A stretch of DNA of 59,149 nt, counting the filler, from Porpidia crustulata (lineage: Eukaryota): assembly GCA_964255105.1 (NCBI GenBank). It is 9 parts of 9 records of this genome, joined end to end, with 100 filler letters (N's around TTAATTAATTAA, not from the genome) between each part and the next. Parts side by side here need not be neighbours in the genome. Positions count along the whole stretch, not along the records: positions 26,364 to 32,851 come from CAXUWE010001531.1; positions 32,952 to 39,430 come from CAXUWE010001532.1; 7 more parts are not named here. The stretch is one strand, 5' to 3'. The translations under genes and the position numbers were made by a program. The notes under the pieces were generated by a model. The model saw nothing but the letters and a program-made list of their open reading frames with translations, did no database searches and was not told the origin of the DNA. Numbering within the stretch: position 1 is the stretch's first letter; the number at the start of each line of letters is the position of its first letter. Of this stretch, positions 26,364 through 39,530 are shown one piece after another.

Positions 26364-27306
26364 GGGCTGGGAGTTTGTGGTGGAGAGGGGATTTCGCTCA
26401 CGAGATGGTTTGAATCCAGGGTCTTGATGTATGTGGAGATTTGGTCTGCCCACGCGGTAACGGGCGCGGACTTGCAGCCGGGGTCTTGGCATCTGGCCTG
26501 TTGTGATCTTTTGTGAGCTGGTTGATATCGGGAAGGGGTACGTGAGTGACATACCTCGTTGGCAAGCTCCCATGCAAACACCGCAGGGCTATTCTTATAT
26601 CTCCCAACAATCTCACTGATGTAGTTCTTGTAGGCGGAAATGACATCCGGGTCGGTGTAGAAAAGATCATGGTCGTCGGAGTTTTTGATGTTTTTGACGT
26701 ACAGATCCATGCCGCCAAAGTCTTTCCAGTTGCTGCGGGTGAAGTCAGTGGGGACGTAGGTAGACTTTCAACAGCCGATACGAGGAAGAGGCTACTTTAC
26801 TTGGTCAGGCACATGATGAATTTGACACCTTGGGTTTCGGCTTGCTGGACGGCGTGATCCAGCATGAGGAGACCGTTGGCACCGGTGTTCAGCGTTGCGA
26901 CTCCGTTGTTCCATTCTTGGTACCAGGTGACTCCGTCCCTGCCGTAGCCGCCTGATTTGCCGTTTGCCAGATCTCTTTCCATCCATGCGGCAACTCTGTG
27001 ATATGTTCAGCCAACGAATAGGACGGTGATTTTCCGAGACCTACCTGACTATTGGATATCCGGCCTTCTTGATGGCTGCAAAGGAGTCGACAATGAATTG
27101 TTCGTCCTGCGAACCGACTAAATATGGCGTTAGTATCCCAAATGCACTTATAGAGGTATGTAGGTACTAGTCCATGCGTTGGCGCCAGCGAAGGTAAAGG
27201 GCGACCCGTTGAGGAGGAATTGCAGCCCTTTAGTTGTAACGAACTGGGCGCTAGCAAGCGATGAAAGCGAAAGGAATGCAGCGGCAAATAGGCTTGAAAT
27301 CTTCAT
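26364..27306 (-). CDS. Secreted GH5 (probably subfamily 7) endo-beta-1,4-mannanase; 3' truncated
   Basis: Signal peptide MKISSLFAAAFLSLSSLASAQ; GSPFTFAGANAW, NWKDFGGMDLYV, RYKNSPAVFAWELANE (acid/base Glu), YIKTLDSNHLV. Multiple short introns. Confidence 0.88.
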
Positions 27307-29167
27307 GATGAAAGCAGTCAAGGGAAGGATAGTGAAAATGATGATGAGAGAAGGAAATCAAGACGTGTGGATCTTGAAGATAACACAATGATTGCGAATT
27401 AAATAGTCAAAGCAGAGACTGATTTATATATCAATCCCTGCCACAATGTGTCTTCGACGAAGCCACGGCGCAATCATACGAGACTTGAAGATCTCATGGA
27501 CTATTTCCGGCCATGAGCAAGAGCTAGGCGTGCCGTCACTGGAATAATTGCACAGGTTGAGTAACTTCACCATTTTGGGTGTCCGACTGAGACGCTTCGG
27601 TTTGTTGCAAAGATGACGACGAAGGACAAGAAGGATGTCATGTATTCTCAGTTAGCTGGCCTTTTGGGCCGATCAACAAATTTGAGCGTTTCCTGCCACA
27701 ATGGCCGCAGTTGATATACTTAATCACAGTGAAAAGCAATTTGGGGATAGTCAGTCACATTATGAACCATGCTACGCGCCCTAGAACTCCGAGTTTCTAA
27801 AGGCAAGAGTGGACACTTCCTCGAATGGCAGTACCAGGTTATTCGTCGCAGCAATCGTAGACTTCCATTTTTGGTATCAAACCCACTCATTGATAGAATA
27901 AGTTGCGGCACACGTGGATCAAAGAAATCTCCGAAAAAACAAGAAGGTTGGCGTGCGAAGTACGGCTCAACAATATGGAAATGAGAACAGGAGGTATGAA
28001 TCCACGTAAAAGGAGCTTCACCCTAGGGCTGATGCAGGTCCCCACAATAGATCGGCCATTATACGGCTCTGTGCAGAAAAAGGCCCGAGGCCGTGCGTAT
28101 CTGGAGGACAGACGGGAGCGGAGCGGGATGGGCGATTTGAAACAAGACACTTCAACACTAGGCTTAGATGCAATTCTCCGAAGATGATTCCTCAGCAGAC
28201 ATCCGTAGATCGTGTAAAGCATTAGATATCAACTCGGGAGTCGGATTAGAAGCACATATAGAAAGCTGTGTTTCGCCGTCCATCCTGGCAACAGTGTGCA
28301 AGTGGCACCGTTTCGATTCAGCGGACTGAGATATGTAGTCGACGGGCCAATGACTGAGACAGCTTCATCAGTCTTCCCACCTGCCAAGTACTAGATCGCA
28401 ATGAACGTGGCAAGACGTTTGTCGATCCAGTGTTTCGACACGAAAAGCTAGGTGTGTCCATCTAAGGAACGGAGCCCGACTCCTCAAGACTGTTTGGACG
28501 TGATGGGCCATATAAATCCTTTGAGCATCGTCGCATTGGACGCCTGAGAGCTCACTCTCTGTATACACATCAACTTGCAGAACATGTATTGGAGGCAGGC
28601 GAGAACTGTCGTTTGGAATACGAAATCTACAAGTCGCCGTGGTTGATGTACATCGCTAGTCTTAGTCTGGATTAGAGTAGTTTCTGGAATTTAATCCTAA
28701 AGCAGTCTAGCCCACCAGTGGCGCCATCTTACGTAATTATGCCTTTGCTAACCCAGATAGGGAAGTATCTGTCAATTCTCGAATTCGCACTGACTGTCTC
28801 CTGTCTGCTTGACCACATCAGGCTATTATAGAACCCTTCAGCACACTCGTAAGCTGGCTTGCAAGTATTCTCATTTGAACTGTTCCTATCATGTCTTTTC
28901 AGGACCACATCTGAGGGTAGTGTGCGGTGGCAAGTATTGAGTCATGAAAGTGCGAGATTTGTGCGTGTTTTAGTGCATTTGTCTTATCGCAGTTGTGCTT
29001 TCCATAATTCCATCAGTAATATTCTTCCAATCATACTCATCATGGTCTCATCCTGAACATAAGAAGACAACTGATTGTGTTCTTCTTGATAAAAGAACAC
29101 TCTCTGGAATTTGAATATTCTCTTCCGTTGTTTACATTCCATTGCTTGGTCTTTAATATCTGCAATT

Positions 29168-32100
29168 ATGACTTCGTCCACATCACGTAGCGCTCCTTCC
29201 TCTGGTACAAGGACAACAACTTTCTTGATCTTGAATCTTCATTGCTCATCATGCGTGAGGAATATTGACCTTTCGATGGAATCCCTGGACCCGCGGCCAT
29301 CCTCCGTCACTCATTCGATCGTTTCCCGCTCCATAACAGTCACTCACGATGTATCCCTATCTTCAATCGCCATTGCAAACTCCCTCAACGATGGCGGCTT
29401 TGATGTCTATGACATCTTTACAGTCCCAGACGATGAGATCAGTGCATATGGAATCTCTTTGCAAACTCGTCTCGGTGCAGACTGGACACAGAAATTCAAC
29501 GATGCCGTGGCGCGATGGAAGTGGAAAGCAAACAACCCGGAGAATACGCGCGATGAAAAGCATCAGCGACACATTGAAGACTGCGAACAATGCCGTCTGG
29601 AGGTAGCCAACAAGGAGAAAGCAATCCATGATTCTGTGGAATCACCTGAAGAAAAGCCAATCTTGAAAGATGAGAAGCAGAAAGATGGCGATCTTCCATC
29701 AATTGTATCGTTGGATGGCACTACCAAGGATTCGACTCTCTCATCTGTGGCCGTGGATCCTCCCTCCGATGTCGACCTCCTTCAAGCATCTTTCACCATT
29801 GGGGGAATGACATGCGCATCGTGTGTTGGTAATATTAGCCGAGCTCTGAACGACATACCTTGGGTACGTACCGCGGAGGTTGCTTTAATCACCAACAGTG
29901 CCACCGTCTTATTTCAGGGCAAAGAGCATGTCGAGGAAATCAAAGATGCGATCGAGGATGCCGGGTATGAAGCGACTTTAGTGGAAGTCAAGGAAGCCGA
30001 GTCAGGAAAGAATCCGATTTCAAAGATCGAAGCTGACAAGTGGCGTGCGTCGTACGCCATAACAGGCATGACATGTAGTTCATGTGTAGGCAACATCACC
30101 AGAGGCTTGGAAGAACACGATTGGATCTCCACCGTGGACGTCAACCTCATTTCGAACAGTGCGACTGTCGAGTTTGAGGGAAAGGACCATCTACCGCAGA
30201 TCCAAGAGACAGTGGAAGACATGGGCTATGAGGCGACTCTGAATGAGGTGGTGGAGGTTGATTCCAAGGCCGTGGACGCGGTACAACGAAGAGTTGGAAT
30301 ACAGGTAGGTGGGATGTACTGTGAGCACTGTCCAACTCGGGTCGTCGCTGCACTGGAAAAAGACTTTGGCAAGAGGCTCAGCATTGAAAAAAGCCCGAGC
30401 ACGTCTGATCCAGTTGTGGAGGTTACCTACACACCACAGGTACCAGATTTCACCATACGGCGGATTTTCCAGTCCATCTCCGATGTCGACGAGGCGTTCA
30501 AGCCTTGCGTTCACCATCCATTGTCACTCGAAGAGCGATCTCGGAGAATGCGAATCCGAGAACGTAGGCACGTTGTCTTCCGTCTTGGTCTCTCTGCCGC
30601 GGCCGCCATTCCTACCTTTGTCATCGGGATTGTCCTGATGACCCTTGTCCACTCATCAAATCCTGGGCGCAAATTCGTGATGGTACCAATGTGGGCTGGC
30701 TCAGTCAGTCGAGCCGAGTGGGCACTGTTCATAATCGCCACCCCCGTATACTTTTTCGCATCTGATGCGTTTCATCGCCCTGCTATACGAGAGCTGCGAG
30801 CGCTATGGAGATCCGGTAGCAGGACCCCCATACTTCGCCGGTTTTACCGTTTTGGTAGTATGAATACACTCATCTCCCTTGGGACAACCATCGCTTACGT
30901 CGCCTCGATTGTTGCACTCGCACTAACGGCAACGAGTGCATCACATGGTGGTGCTGAATCCTTGTCGACTTATTTTGACTCGGTCGTCTTTCTAACCATG
31001 TTCTTACTAATCGGAAGATTTCTCGAAGCCTATAGCAAGGCTAAGACAGGGGATGCAGTGTCTCTGTTGGGGAATTTGAGACCAACCGAAGCAATACTCG
31101 TACATGCGGGCCAAGACGCCGACTCCTTGGATGGGAATAAATCTGATACTGGGTATACAGAACGAATCGATGTGGATCTTCTCGAAGTTGGAGATCTTAT
31201 CAATGTCTTGCACGGTGGCTCCCCACCATCTGATGGGATCGTCGAGAAAGGGACGTCTGAATTCGACGAGTCAAGTCTCACTGGTGAATCCAGATTGGTG
31301 GCCAAGTCAGAAGGGGACGAAGTGTTCTCTGGTACAGTGAATAAAGGCGATCCAATCACTATCCGGGTATCTAAAGTCATGGGAAGTTCTATGCTCGATC
31401 AAATCGTCAAAGTCGTTCGCGAAGGTCAGGCAAGGCGTGCACCAATCGAGAGAATTGCAGACCAAATCACCGGGTATTTTGTTCCTTTTGTAGTCCTCAT
31501 CGCTGTGACCACTTGGATTATATGGATGTCTTTGGGTCTTGCAGGCGCATTGCCGGCCGACTATCTCAACGTACCGGTCGGTGGATGGCCGTTCTGGGCA
31601 TTACAATTCGCAATCGCTGCATTCGTCGTCGCTTGCCCTTGTGGCCTTGGTCTCGCTGCTCCGACGGCGCTGTTTGTTGGTGGTGGACTCGCAGCACAAT
31701 ACGGTATTCTTGTTAAAGGAGGTGGCGAAGCCTTTGAGGATGCCAGTCATCTCGATTGTGTCGTCTTCGATAAAACGGGAACCTTGACTGAAGGTGGAGA
31801 ACCTGCCATTACCGACTCCCACTTCAAGTCTGATGATCAACTTGAGATTCTCGGTATGGCTATGAGCCTGGAGGAGCAAAGTGGTCACCCTCTTGCCAGG
31901 GCTGTAGTTGCATTTTGTGCTTCTCGAGACGCGCCACATGGCCGGAAGGTAGGTGATGTGGAGGAAATCCCTGGAAGAGGCCTCAAAGGGAAGAGTTCCG
32001 GTTCAGGAGAAGATGTAAAGTTGCTTGTCGGTAACGAGGCTCTTCTAATGGATCATGGGCTGTCGATTTCCAAAACCGATGCCGATATTCTCGAGTCATG

Positions 32101-32851
32101 GAAATCAAAAGGCAAATCAGTGGTTCTCCTCGCAACCAAGATCACCAGCTCATCAACCAACGAGGCTACCCAAGGTTACCATCTCGCAGCCATGTTCGCT
32201 GCCTCCGATCCTCTCCGCCCCGACGCCACGTCCACAATCACCGCAATCCAACGTCGGAACATCGCCGTCTGGATGATTTCCGGGGACAACCCCACCACCG
32301 CCCGCGCCGTCGGCGCCCAAGTCGGCATCCCAGCCTCCAACATCATCGCCGGCGTCCTCCCGGAGCAAAAGGCCGAAAAAGTCAAATACCTCCAGCAAAC
32401 CCTGTCCAAACGCTCGCAATCCCGCTCGATGAAAGCCGGCTCAGGCGCCACGCAGGGCCGAGCCACGGTCGCCTTCGTCGGCGACGGCATCAACGACTCC
32501 CCCGCCCTCACGCAATCCGACGTCGGCATCGCCATCGGCTCCGGCTCCGACGTCGCCATCTCGTCGGCCGAGTTCGTGCTCGTGTCGTCGGAGCTGCGCG
32601 CGATCCTGACGCTCGTCGACCTCAGCCGGGCCGTGTTCCGCCGCGTCAAGTTCAATTTCGCCTGGGCGCTTGTCTACAATATGGTCGGGTTACCCGTGGC
32701 GGCGGGCGTGTTTTATGGGATCCGGACCGCGGGTGGGGGGCACGTGAGGTTGGATCCGGTGTGGGCGAGTTTGGCGATGGCGTTGAGTAGTGTTAGTGTG
32801 GTGGGGAGTAGTCTTTTGTTGAAGACGAGGATGCCGGGTTTGGGGGTGAAG
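29168..32851 (+). CDS. P1B-type heavy-metal (Cu+) transporting ATPase; last codons cut by the spacer
   Basis: HMA motifs NLHCSSC, GMTCASC, GMTCSSC, GMYCEHC; LTGES; VVACPCGLGLA; DKTGTLT; GHP; GDGINDSPAL; YN...P and MALSS. Single uninterrupted ORF. Confidence 0.95.
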
Positions 32852-32951
32852 NNNNNNNNNNNNNNNNNNNNNNNNNNNNNNNNNNNNNNNNNNNNTTAAT
32901 TAATTAANNNNNNNNNNNNNNNNNNNNNNNNNNNNNNNNNNNNNNNNNNNN
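32852..32951. other. Artificial contig spacer
   Basis: 44 N + TTAATTAATTAA + 44 N. Confidence 0.99.
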
Positions 32952-33397
32952 CCGCCTTGATAGCCCTCCTCGGTCCCTCCACCTTCCCTCCTACTACTCT
33001 AATCCTGCTAATTACAGAGTGCGGTCTCGAACACCCACACCGACCTCGAGCGCCTCTGCACCTTCCTGATCCTCGCTATCAAACGCCACAGCTCGGAGCA
33101 AGTGCGAACCCTTCTCTTGATCTGTAGTCTGCTTTCACGTGCTGTCAGAGGTTGAATAGTCGCGACCGAGAGGATGATTGATTCGCTTGGAGGCATGAGA
33201 AAAGCCAGAGGCTTGGAATGCTATTACAACAATTGGTACACAGTCTTTTACACGATTCGACACTTCTTGATCTGAAGGCTTATCAGTCGTAGGTGTATTT
33301 GCTGATCTTCAACAAGGCAAGAAAGTCAAGTAGGAAATTTCGTTGATTTACCGTGAGGTTGCAGACACTTTGACAAACTCTTGCTTGCAATGATGCC

Positions 33398-34378
33398 TCA
33401 CATCCCTGCCCATTCGATACAAAAAGTCCTAACTTGACCTTCGCGTATCTCGCTCGAATTCTTGTCTGTGTTCGACCGAGACTCTGCCTTCACCGTGCTA
33501 CTTTGGCTAGTTTTTGACTTCGTTCGTTCGAGTCCACCTACGAGCCACCCTTTCTTGACCCCTGTCCCTAGTCTGCCTCCGCCTATCAGGCCAAGCAGGT
33601 CTATTTCTTCATCCCATTCTGCACTCACTGCGAGAAAATGGCTATGAAATCGTAGAGGATCTCCAGGATAGACCAGGAATTGACAGCCGAAGCGCAGACC
33701 CGGGGAGAGAAAGTAGGAAAGACCGTGAAGGTATTTGAACAACGCATAAGAAGCGGGGTCAACGGCTGGGGGTTTTGACGAAGTGCGGTTGGAAGGTATA
33801 GGAAGTGGAGGGTATGAGGTTGTAGGGGTAATTGTCCATGGTTTGACGCTAGAGGTAGAAGTCCGAGACAGCAAGCCTTCTGCGGATGCCTGGCCGAATA
33901 AGGATTCATCACCATCGTCTCCCAATGATGGCAAAGTGCTAGAATTCAACGAGCCGCTTGCATTCTCTCCATTACCAAGTTGTAATTTTTTGATCACTTC
34001 TTCAGTCCGCTGGATTTTTTGTTGCTCAACTGCCTTTGCGGCATTCATACCTTCTTTACTCAGGCCTTCGATGAATGCATCCCTCTGTTTGGACGTCATG
34101 GATTGCATGACCTCTACATGCCACTGTAGATCATCAACTACATACCCAACTCCTTTCTCAATGAGTAGCCGTACCTCTTCTGGCTGGAGCTCCAGAGGTA
34201 GTCCGAGGAAGACGTTTTGCTGCGGAATTTGTGGAAGTGTCCCAATGAGTACTCCAAGGATGTTGTAGTGTTCCCGAAGCCAGGTGATAGTATCAACGTC
34301 GTAGAGAAGATAGCGCTCCACCGCCCGAGATACCTTGAAGATGGGCAATGGAAGAACTGGCGAAGGCATGGATCCCAT
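33398..34378 (-). CDS. SEN34: tRNA-splicing endonuclease subunit Sen34
   Basis: GVLIGTLPQIPQQNVFLGLPLEL, SPGLRFGCQFLVYPGDPLRFHSHF, GRLGTGVKK, FCIEWAGM. Confidence 0.93.
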   Translation of the reverse strand: MGSMPSPVLPLPIFKVSRAVERYLLYDVDTITWLREHYNILGVLIGTLPQIPQQNVFLGLPLELQPEEVRLLIEKGVGYVVDDLQWHVEVMQSMTSKQRDAFIEGLSKEGMNAAKAVEQQKIQRTEEVIKKLQLGNGENASGSLNSSTLPSLGDDGDESLFGQASAEGLLSRTSTSSVKPWTITPTTSYPPLPIPSNRTSSKPPAVDPASYALFKYLHGLSYFLSPGLRFGCQFLVYPGDPLRFHSHFLAVSAEWDEEIDLLGLIGGGRLGTGVKKGWLVGGLERTKSKTSQSSTVKAESRSNTDKNSSEIREGQVRTFCIEWAGM

Positions 34379-35055
34379 CCTGATTAAAGACTACATAAAA
34401 TGATTTCTCCTCTTGTAGTAAGTTGACCATCTATATTTGAGAAAGCTTATTTTGCATTTCTGAATCTGAAATCTCTTTGGTGGAAGTTGTAAATTCTTCT
34501 CTCTCTCCTAAATTTACTTCAATATCTCTCAGCTATGATCCCGAGTTTTGGAAGCACCCTCAATCCACCTCTATAGGCCGAATAACGTTCCCTTGGCTTC
34601 ACCTAGTGAGACAGCATTAGCCTCCCACCTTCAGCCTCTCAATATTGCTGGAAATTGGTGTATATGTAGTCAGAAAGTCATGATAGATCATATCTCACAT
34701 CAAAAACCGTAAAGGTCTCAGTGGATTGACAGATTGTATATTTGTTCTTAATCATGCGAATCATTTAAGAAAAAGAGGTAGGCTCCGACTTACTACCCTT
34801 CACATTTATTCATTGTAGACCGTCCTTATTCATCAGATGATCTTCTAACATATCCGCAGGCCAAAACGTGCAAAGTCAGGGTCGATCTGTGGGCCGACCT
34901 CATTCAAGAAATAAGTTTGACTTTTGATTATATATTTGACTGGAGCTGCGCGGCTATCGACTCTGTAGCGCGTCGCGTCTCCAAAAAATATCCAGCCCTA
35001 TCACAAGAGGCATTAACTATGAAAAAGCCTTGGTAATATATTCTAGTCACTCATA

Positions 35056-37113
35056 ATGGCCGGGCTCTTCGAGCAACCTCGGAATGCTGGCACGCTTTGT
35101 GAGCTTGAGACTACCCAAGGAAGACGTCCTGCTAATCTAAGTCTGTAGTTCTTGGCGGGCAAAAGATTAGCGGAGCAGATATACGAGATCAGAATGGTAT
35201 GGTTGTCCACGCTTGGTTCTTAGAGGATGCTCATATGAGTATAGTGCTCGCCACTCAGTCCATTGCGAATGTAGTCAAGAGCTCTTTTGGTCCTTCGGGA
35301 CTCGATAAAATGATGGTTGATGATATTGGGGTATGGCTCTTCGCAAAATTCTAAGAGAGCCCCAAATTGATGCTTTACAGGACGTCACAGTAACGAATGA
35401 TGGTGCTACGATACTAAGTCTGCTTGATGTCGAGCATCCCGCCGGGAAGATACTGGTCGATCTTGCTCAGCAACAAGACAAGGAGGTTTGGACCAAAAGA
35501 AATTTGAGACTTGGTGGACGCTGACTTTGTACAGGTCGGAGATGGGACAACTTCAGTGGTGATAATAGCAGCTGAGCTACTCCGGAGAGCAAACGAACTC
35601 ATGAAAAACCGAATACATCCTACCACGATTATTACAGGCTACCGATTAGCGCTTCGAGAAGCGGTTAAATACATGAATGAGAACATTAGCACAAAAGTCG
35701 AACACCTTGGAAGGGAATCTCTGATTAATATTGCAAAGACGTCCATGTCCAGCAAAATTATTGGCTCTGATTCTGATTTCTTCTCAAACATGGTTGTAGA
35801 TGCAATGCAACAAGTAAAATCTACCAACAACCGAAATGAGGTCAAATACCCTGTCAAGGCCGTGAACGTTTTAAAAGCACATGGCAAAAGCTCTCTCGAA
35901 TCCGTACTTGTCAAAGGATATGCGTTGAACTGCACTGTTGCCTCTCAAGCCATGACCACCCGTATAATGGATGCCAAAATCGCTTGTCTAGATATGAATC
36001 TCCAGAAAGAGCGAATGAAGTTGGGCGTACATATCACCATCGATGACCCACAGCAATTGGAGAAAATCAGACAGCGAGAAGCAGGTATGGTCATGGAGCG
36101 CGTTGAGATGATTCTTAAAGCCGGCGCCAACGTCGTGATGACCACAAAGGGAATCGACGATTTGGTCCTGAAGCAGTTTATCGAAAAAGGCGCCATGGCT
36201 GTTCGAAGATGTAAAAAGGAAGACTTACGAAGAATAGCCAAAGCCACCGGCGCAACGCTTGTCAGCTCCCTTTCCGACTTGAATGGTGATGAAAAGTTTG
36301 AAGCTTCCTCGCTTGGTCACGCCGAGGAAGTATCTCAAGAGCGCATTTCAGACGACGAATGCATACTCGTCAAAGGTACTAAAGTGCACACTTCCGCCTC
36401 TATCATTCTTCGTGGTTCAAACGACTACCAACTTGATGAGATGGAGCGCTCGGTGCACGATTCGCTGTCTGCCGTCAAACGTACGTTGGAAAGTGGTAGT
36501 ATTGTCCCCGGTGGTGGTGCCGTAGAAACAGCATTGCACATCTACCTTGAAGAGTTCGCTATGACAGTTGTATGTTTTCTCCAATCCCTTCCTCCTCACT
36601 TTACCCCCTTTTTTCCATTATTTTCTCAACTTAGCAGCTCAACCGGATCTGACCTCGAGATTTTAGGGCTCTCGTGAGCAACTTGCCATCGGCGAATTCG
36701 CCCAGACTCTTCTCATTATTCCTCGCACTCTTGCCATTAATGCTGCTAAAGACTCCTCCGATCTTGTTGCCCAACTCCGCTCATATCACGCCTCCTCCCA
36801 ACGCATTGATGAAACCACTACCCTAGCATCTCCATCCAAGAAATCCCCTAACCCAAGCAACGCCGCCAACAATAACGCTGTAAATAAGCAAAATGACGCT
36901 ATCGCGAAGCGTAAGAACTACAAGAATTATGGACTAGATCTGACGAGGGGCAAAGTGGTGGATCAGATCAAGACGGGGGTGCTGGAGCCGAGTATGAGTA
37001 AGGTGAGGCAACTGAAGAGTGCGGTGGAGGCATGTATTGCAATCATGAGGATAGATACGTTGATTAAGCTTGATCCGGAACAGAGGGGGGGCGATGATGG
37101 GCATGGACATTAG
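35056..37113 (+). CDS. TCP1: T-complex protein 1 subunit alpha (CCT1)
   Basis: Spliced [88 protein letters not shown]. Five introns. Confidence 0.96.
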
Positions 37114-37576
37114 AAGCATTTCGAACTTATGGGGCACCTTAGAGCCAAATTTGTTACCACTGCTACAAAATATGTGCTGTGCTCGAAGCGTTGGCGTTGG
37201 CGACCGTGAAGCTTTGCTGAGCAGAGAGTTCACCGTGCAGGAGTGCATTGCATTTGATTGTGAGAAAACTTACACCTTGGAGGTGTACGGGCCGATATGA
37301 AATTAATACCTACACTAGCAGCTATTACAACATACCTACCTCCTGTGGGGAGAGGGTCTTATATTCGGAGTGAAGGCCCGTTGCATATGTGAAGAGTAGT
37401 TGAATGGATGGTGGGGTGTGGGGGTAGACGACATGCAGGCGAACAGACCGACGTCACCAGTAACCGCGTTTCCAAATACTGCACGCCCCACCCATAAAAT
37501 AACCACAAACTCATCCCATTACCAGTGCTACTCTAAACACTCAAAGACAACCAAATCACATCAAACTTTTCCAACG

Positions 37577-38106
37577 ATGAGCGGAACGTCGAATGTCGGG
37601 CAAAGCTCTGTCTACGAGGCTGGCGATCAGCGTAATTCCAAGGATTCAGAAATCAAGAATGCCGAGAGATACAAGGAAGGCAAAGAGAACAGCCACAAGG
37701 CCAATGACTCTAGTATGCGCTTGTCATATATCTCATAATAAGAAGTCAATTCTGAAGGTTTTTGACTCTAGAGGATGAGCGATCTATTGCCAACAAATTA
37801 GCCCGCGAGGGGAAGGTGCGTCCCTAACCCTCAGAGGAAGAAAACGTGTGACTGAGTTACAATCAAGCGCGAGTCAGAACCAGAGCCAAAGAGTCAGGAG
37901 ACTAAGGAGCTACAGAAGGACCCTACACTTCCTGTACGTTGAGCCCGCTTCTTGTCTATTTTGTATTAAAGTAGAACCACATCGAGACTCACGTAACGTA
38001 GGCGAGAAACCATGGCAACGAGCCGTCCAAGGGTGCAAAGATTGATGCAGAAATACAGCGTGAGGAGGAAGAGATGTTGGCCAAGAAGGACGCAAAGAAG
38101 AAGTAG
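37577..38106 (+). CDS. Small hydrophilic fungal protein of unknown function, four exons (about 115 aa)
   Basis: Three canonical introns join MSGTSNVGQSSVYEAGDQRN...SHKANDS|KDERSIANKL...|...KDPTLP|ARNHGNEPSKGAKIDAEIQREEEEML in frame. Confidence 0.85.
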
Positions 38107-38711
38107 AGGCCCAGATGACGAAGCAGGGACCACAGCATGTCCGCAACACCCTCACTATGCTCATACCAACTTTGAGTTTCATGGCACACTATAGATTTGA
38201 GCATTTATCTACTCAATGACGCTACAATTTTCTTTGCAATACTTTTGATCCTGTGCGCATTTATTTCCGAACACAACCAGTTGATTCGAAGGGGGGGACG
38301 TACCGACATTTCCAGACCTACGTATGAGATGAGACAACTGAGGAGATATCTGTCATTGGTGATTGTAGGTTAAACCTAGTACAAAAAGGGGAGTGCCTAG
38401 AAAATAGCGAATAGAACACTCATGATGAACCTGTACTCACATATTCTTGGATTCGAAATTGTGCTTCTGCCATGCCGTTAGAATTCCCGGGTATAAGCTT
38501 CCTTAAAGCATGACACTGATGGAGTCCGGCCCTAGTCTGTAGTCGCTTCGAAAAATAAATGATTAAATACCTACTCCAAGTATATCAGTTTGGGAGAAGA
38601 GCGCGGCTGTCGTAACTATCTATCAAGCGCCAGGGGTAAGCGGGCAAAACCCTACCTAACTACGCTAAGGCATCCATAAATCTCGGACATCTCTACACAA
38701 TCAGCGATGCC

Positions 38712-39430
38712 ATGTCCTTCCGCAAACGTAATGTAGGCCTAGTCAGCCCATCACTAGATCGAAGTTCCCCTAATCTGACTTTGCCAAACTCGTCTCCACC
38801 CTTAGCGCAGGCGGCATCCCAGATTCCAGGAGTCCGTCCTTCTCCATTCGATGGAAGGCCTACTACCTCGACTGGGACGCAGACACTCGATGATCTCCTT
38901 GCTGGCCATGCAGGCCTTCCGCTCGGCAGCTCCATTTTAGTTGAGGAAAGCGGGACCACAGATTTTGCGGGCGCTTTGCTGCGATTCTATGCTGCAGAGG
39001 GAGTGGTGCAAGGTCACAAAGTACACGTGGTGGGTGTAGGGGAGCAGTGGGGTAGAGAGCTACCTGGCGTCATTGATCCAAGTGGGCTTCCTAGTGAGAA
39101 AGAGAATCGTGTAGCGGTCGATAAAGAGAAGATGAAAATAGCTTGGAGATATGAGAAATTGGGGGATTTCGGAGCTGGCTCCAGTAAAAGAGGTGGGATT
39201 TTTCCGACTCCGCTTTCTGCACATTATGTATATAAATAAACGCGTTACTCAATATCGGTGGTGCCATCTTTATACCTCAATGCTGATTGCTACAGCTCCG
39301 CCAATCCCGAATCGAAATCCAAAGGCAGTATGGTCCGATCAGGTTGAGCAAGCTCCCTCCTCATTCTGTCACACATTCGATCTGACAAAGCGCCTCGCCC
39401 TACCAAATTCGCTCATCATCAATTACATCC
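38712..39430 (+). CDS. ELP4: Elongator complex subunit Elp4; 3' truncated
   Basis: MSFRKRN, GVRPSPFDGRPTTSTGTQTLDDLLAGHAGLPLG, EKMKIAWRYE, FCHTFDLTKRL. Confidence 0.92.
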
Positions 39431-39530
39431 NNNNNNNNNNNNNNNNNNNNNNNNNNNNNNNNNNNNNNNNNNNNTTAATTAATTAANNNNNNNNNNNNNN
39501 NNNNNNNNNNNNNNNNNNNNNNNNNNNNNN
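39431..39530. other. Artificial contig spacer
   Basis: 44 N + TTAATTAATTAA + 44 N. Confidence 0.99.

Noticed and set aside
27700..28600. Short ORFs between the mannanase and the Cu-ATPase
   Set aside because: No recognisable motifs or consistent splice model; treated as intergenic.
28729..28736. TTACGTAA bZIP-type palindrome upstream of the Cu-ATPase
   Set aside because: It is a single 8-mer with no supporting context.
32098..32790. 230-aa Arg-rich ORF and antisense ORFs inside the Cu-ATPase
   Set aside because: They arise from strong C-ending codon bias that removes stops from alternate frames.
24397..32851. Apparent metal-homeostasis cluster (ferroportin, Cu-ATPase, plus UreD earlier)
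   Set aside because: The genes sit on different contigs separated by artificial spacers, so there is no linkage evidence.
29168..32851. Intronless 3.7-kb ATPase as a possible bacterial transfer
   Set aside because: The multi-HMA architecture and insertions look fungal, and other genes here (ureD, SEN34) are also intronless.
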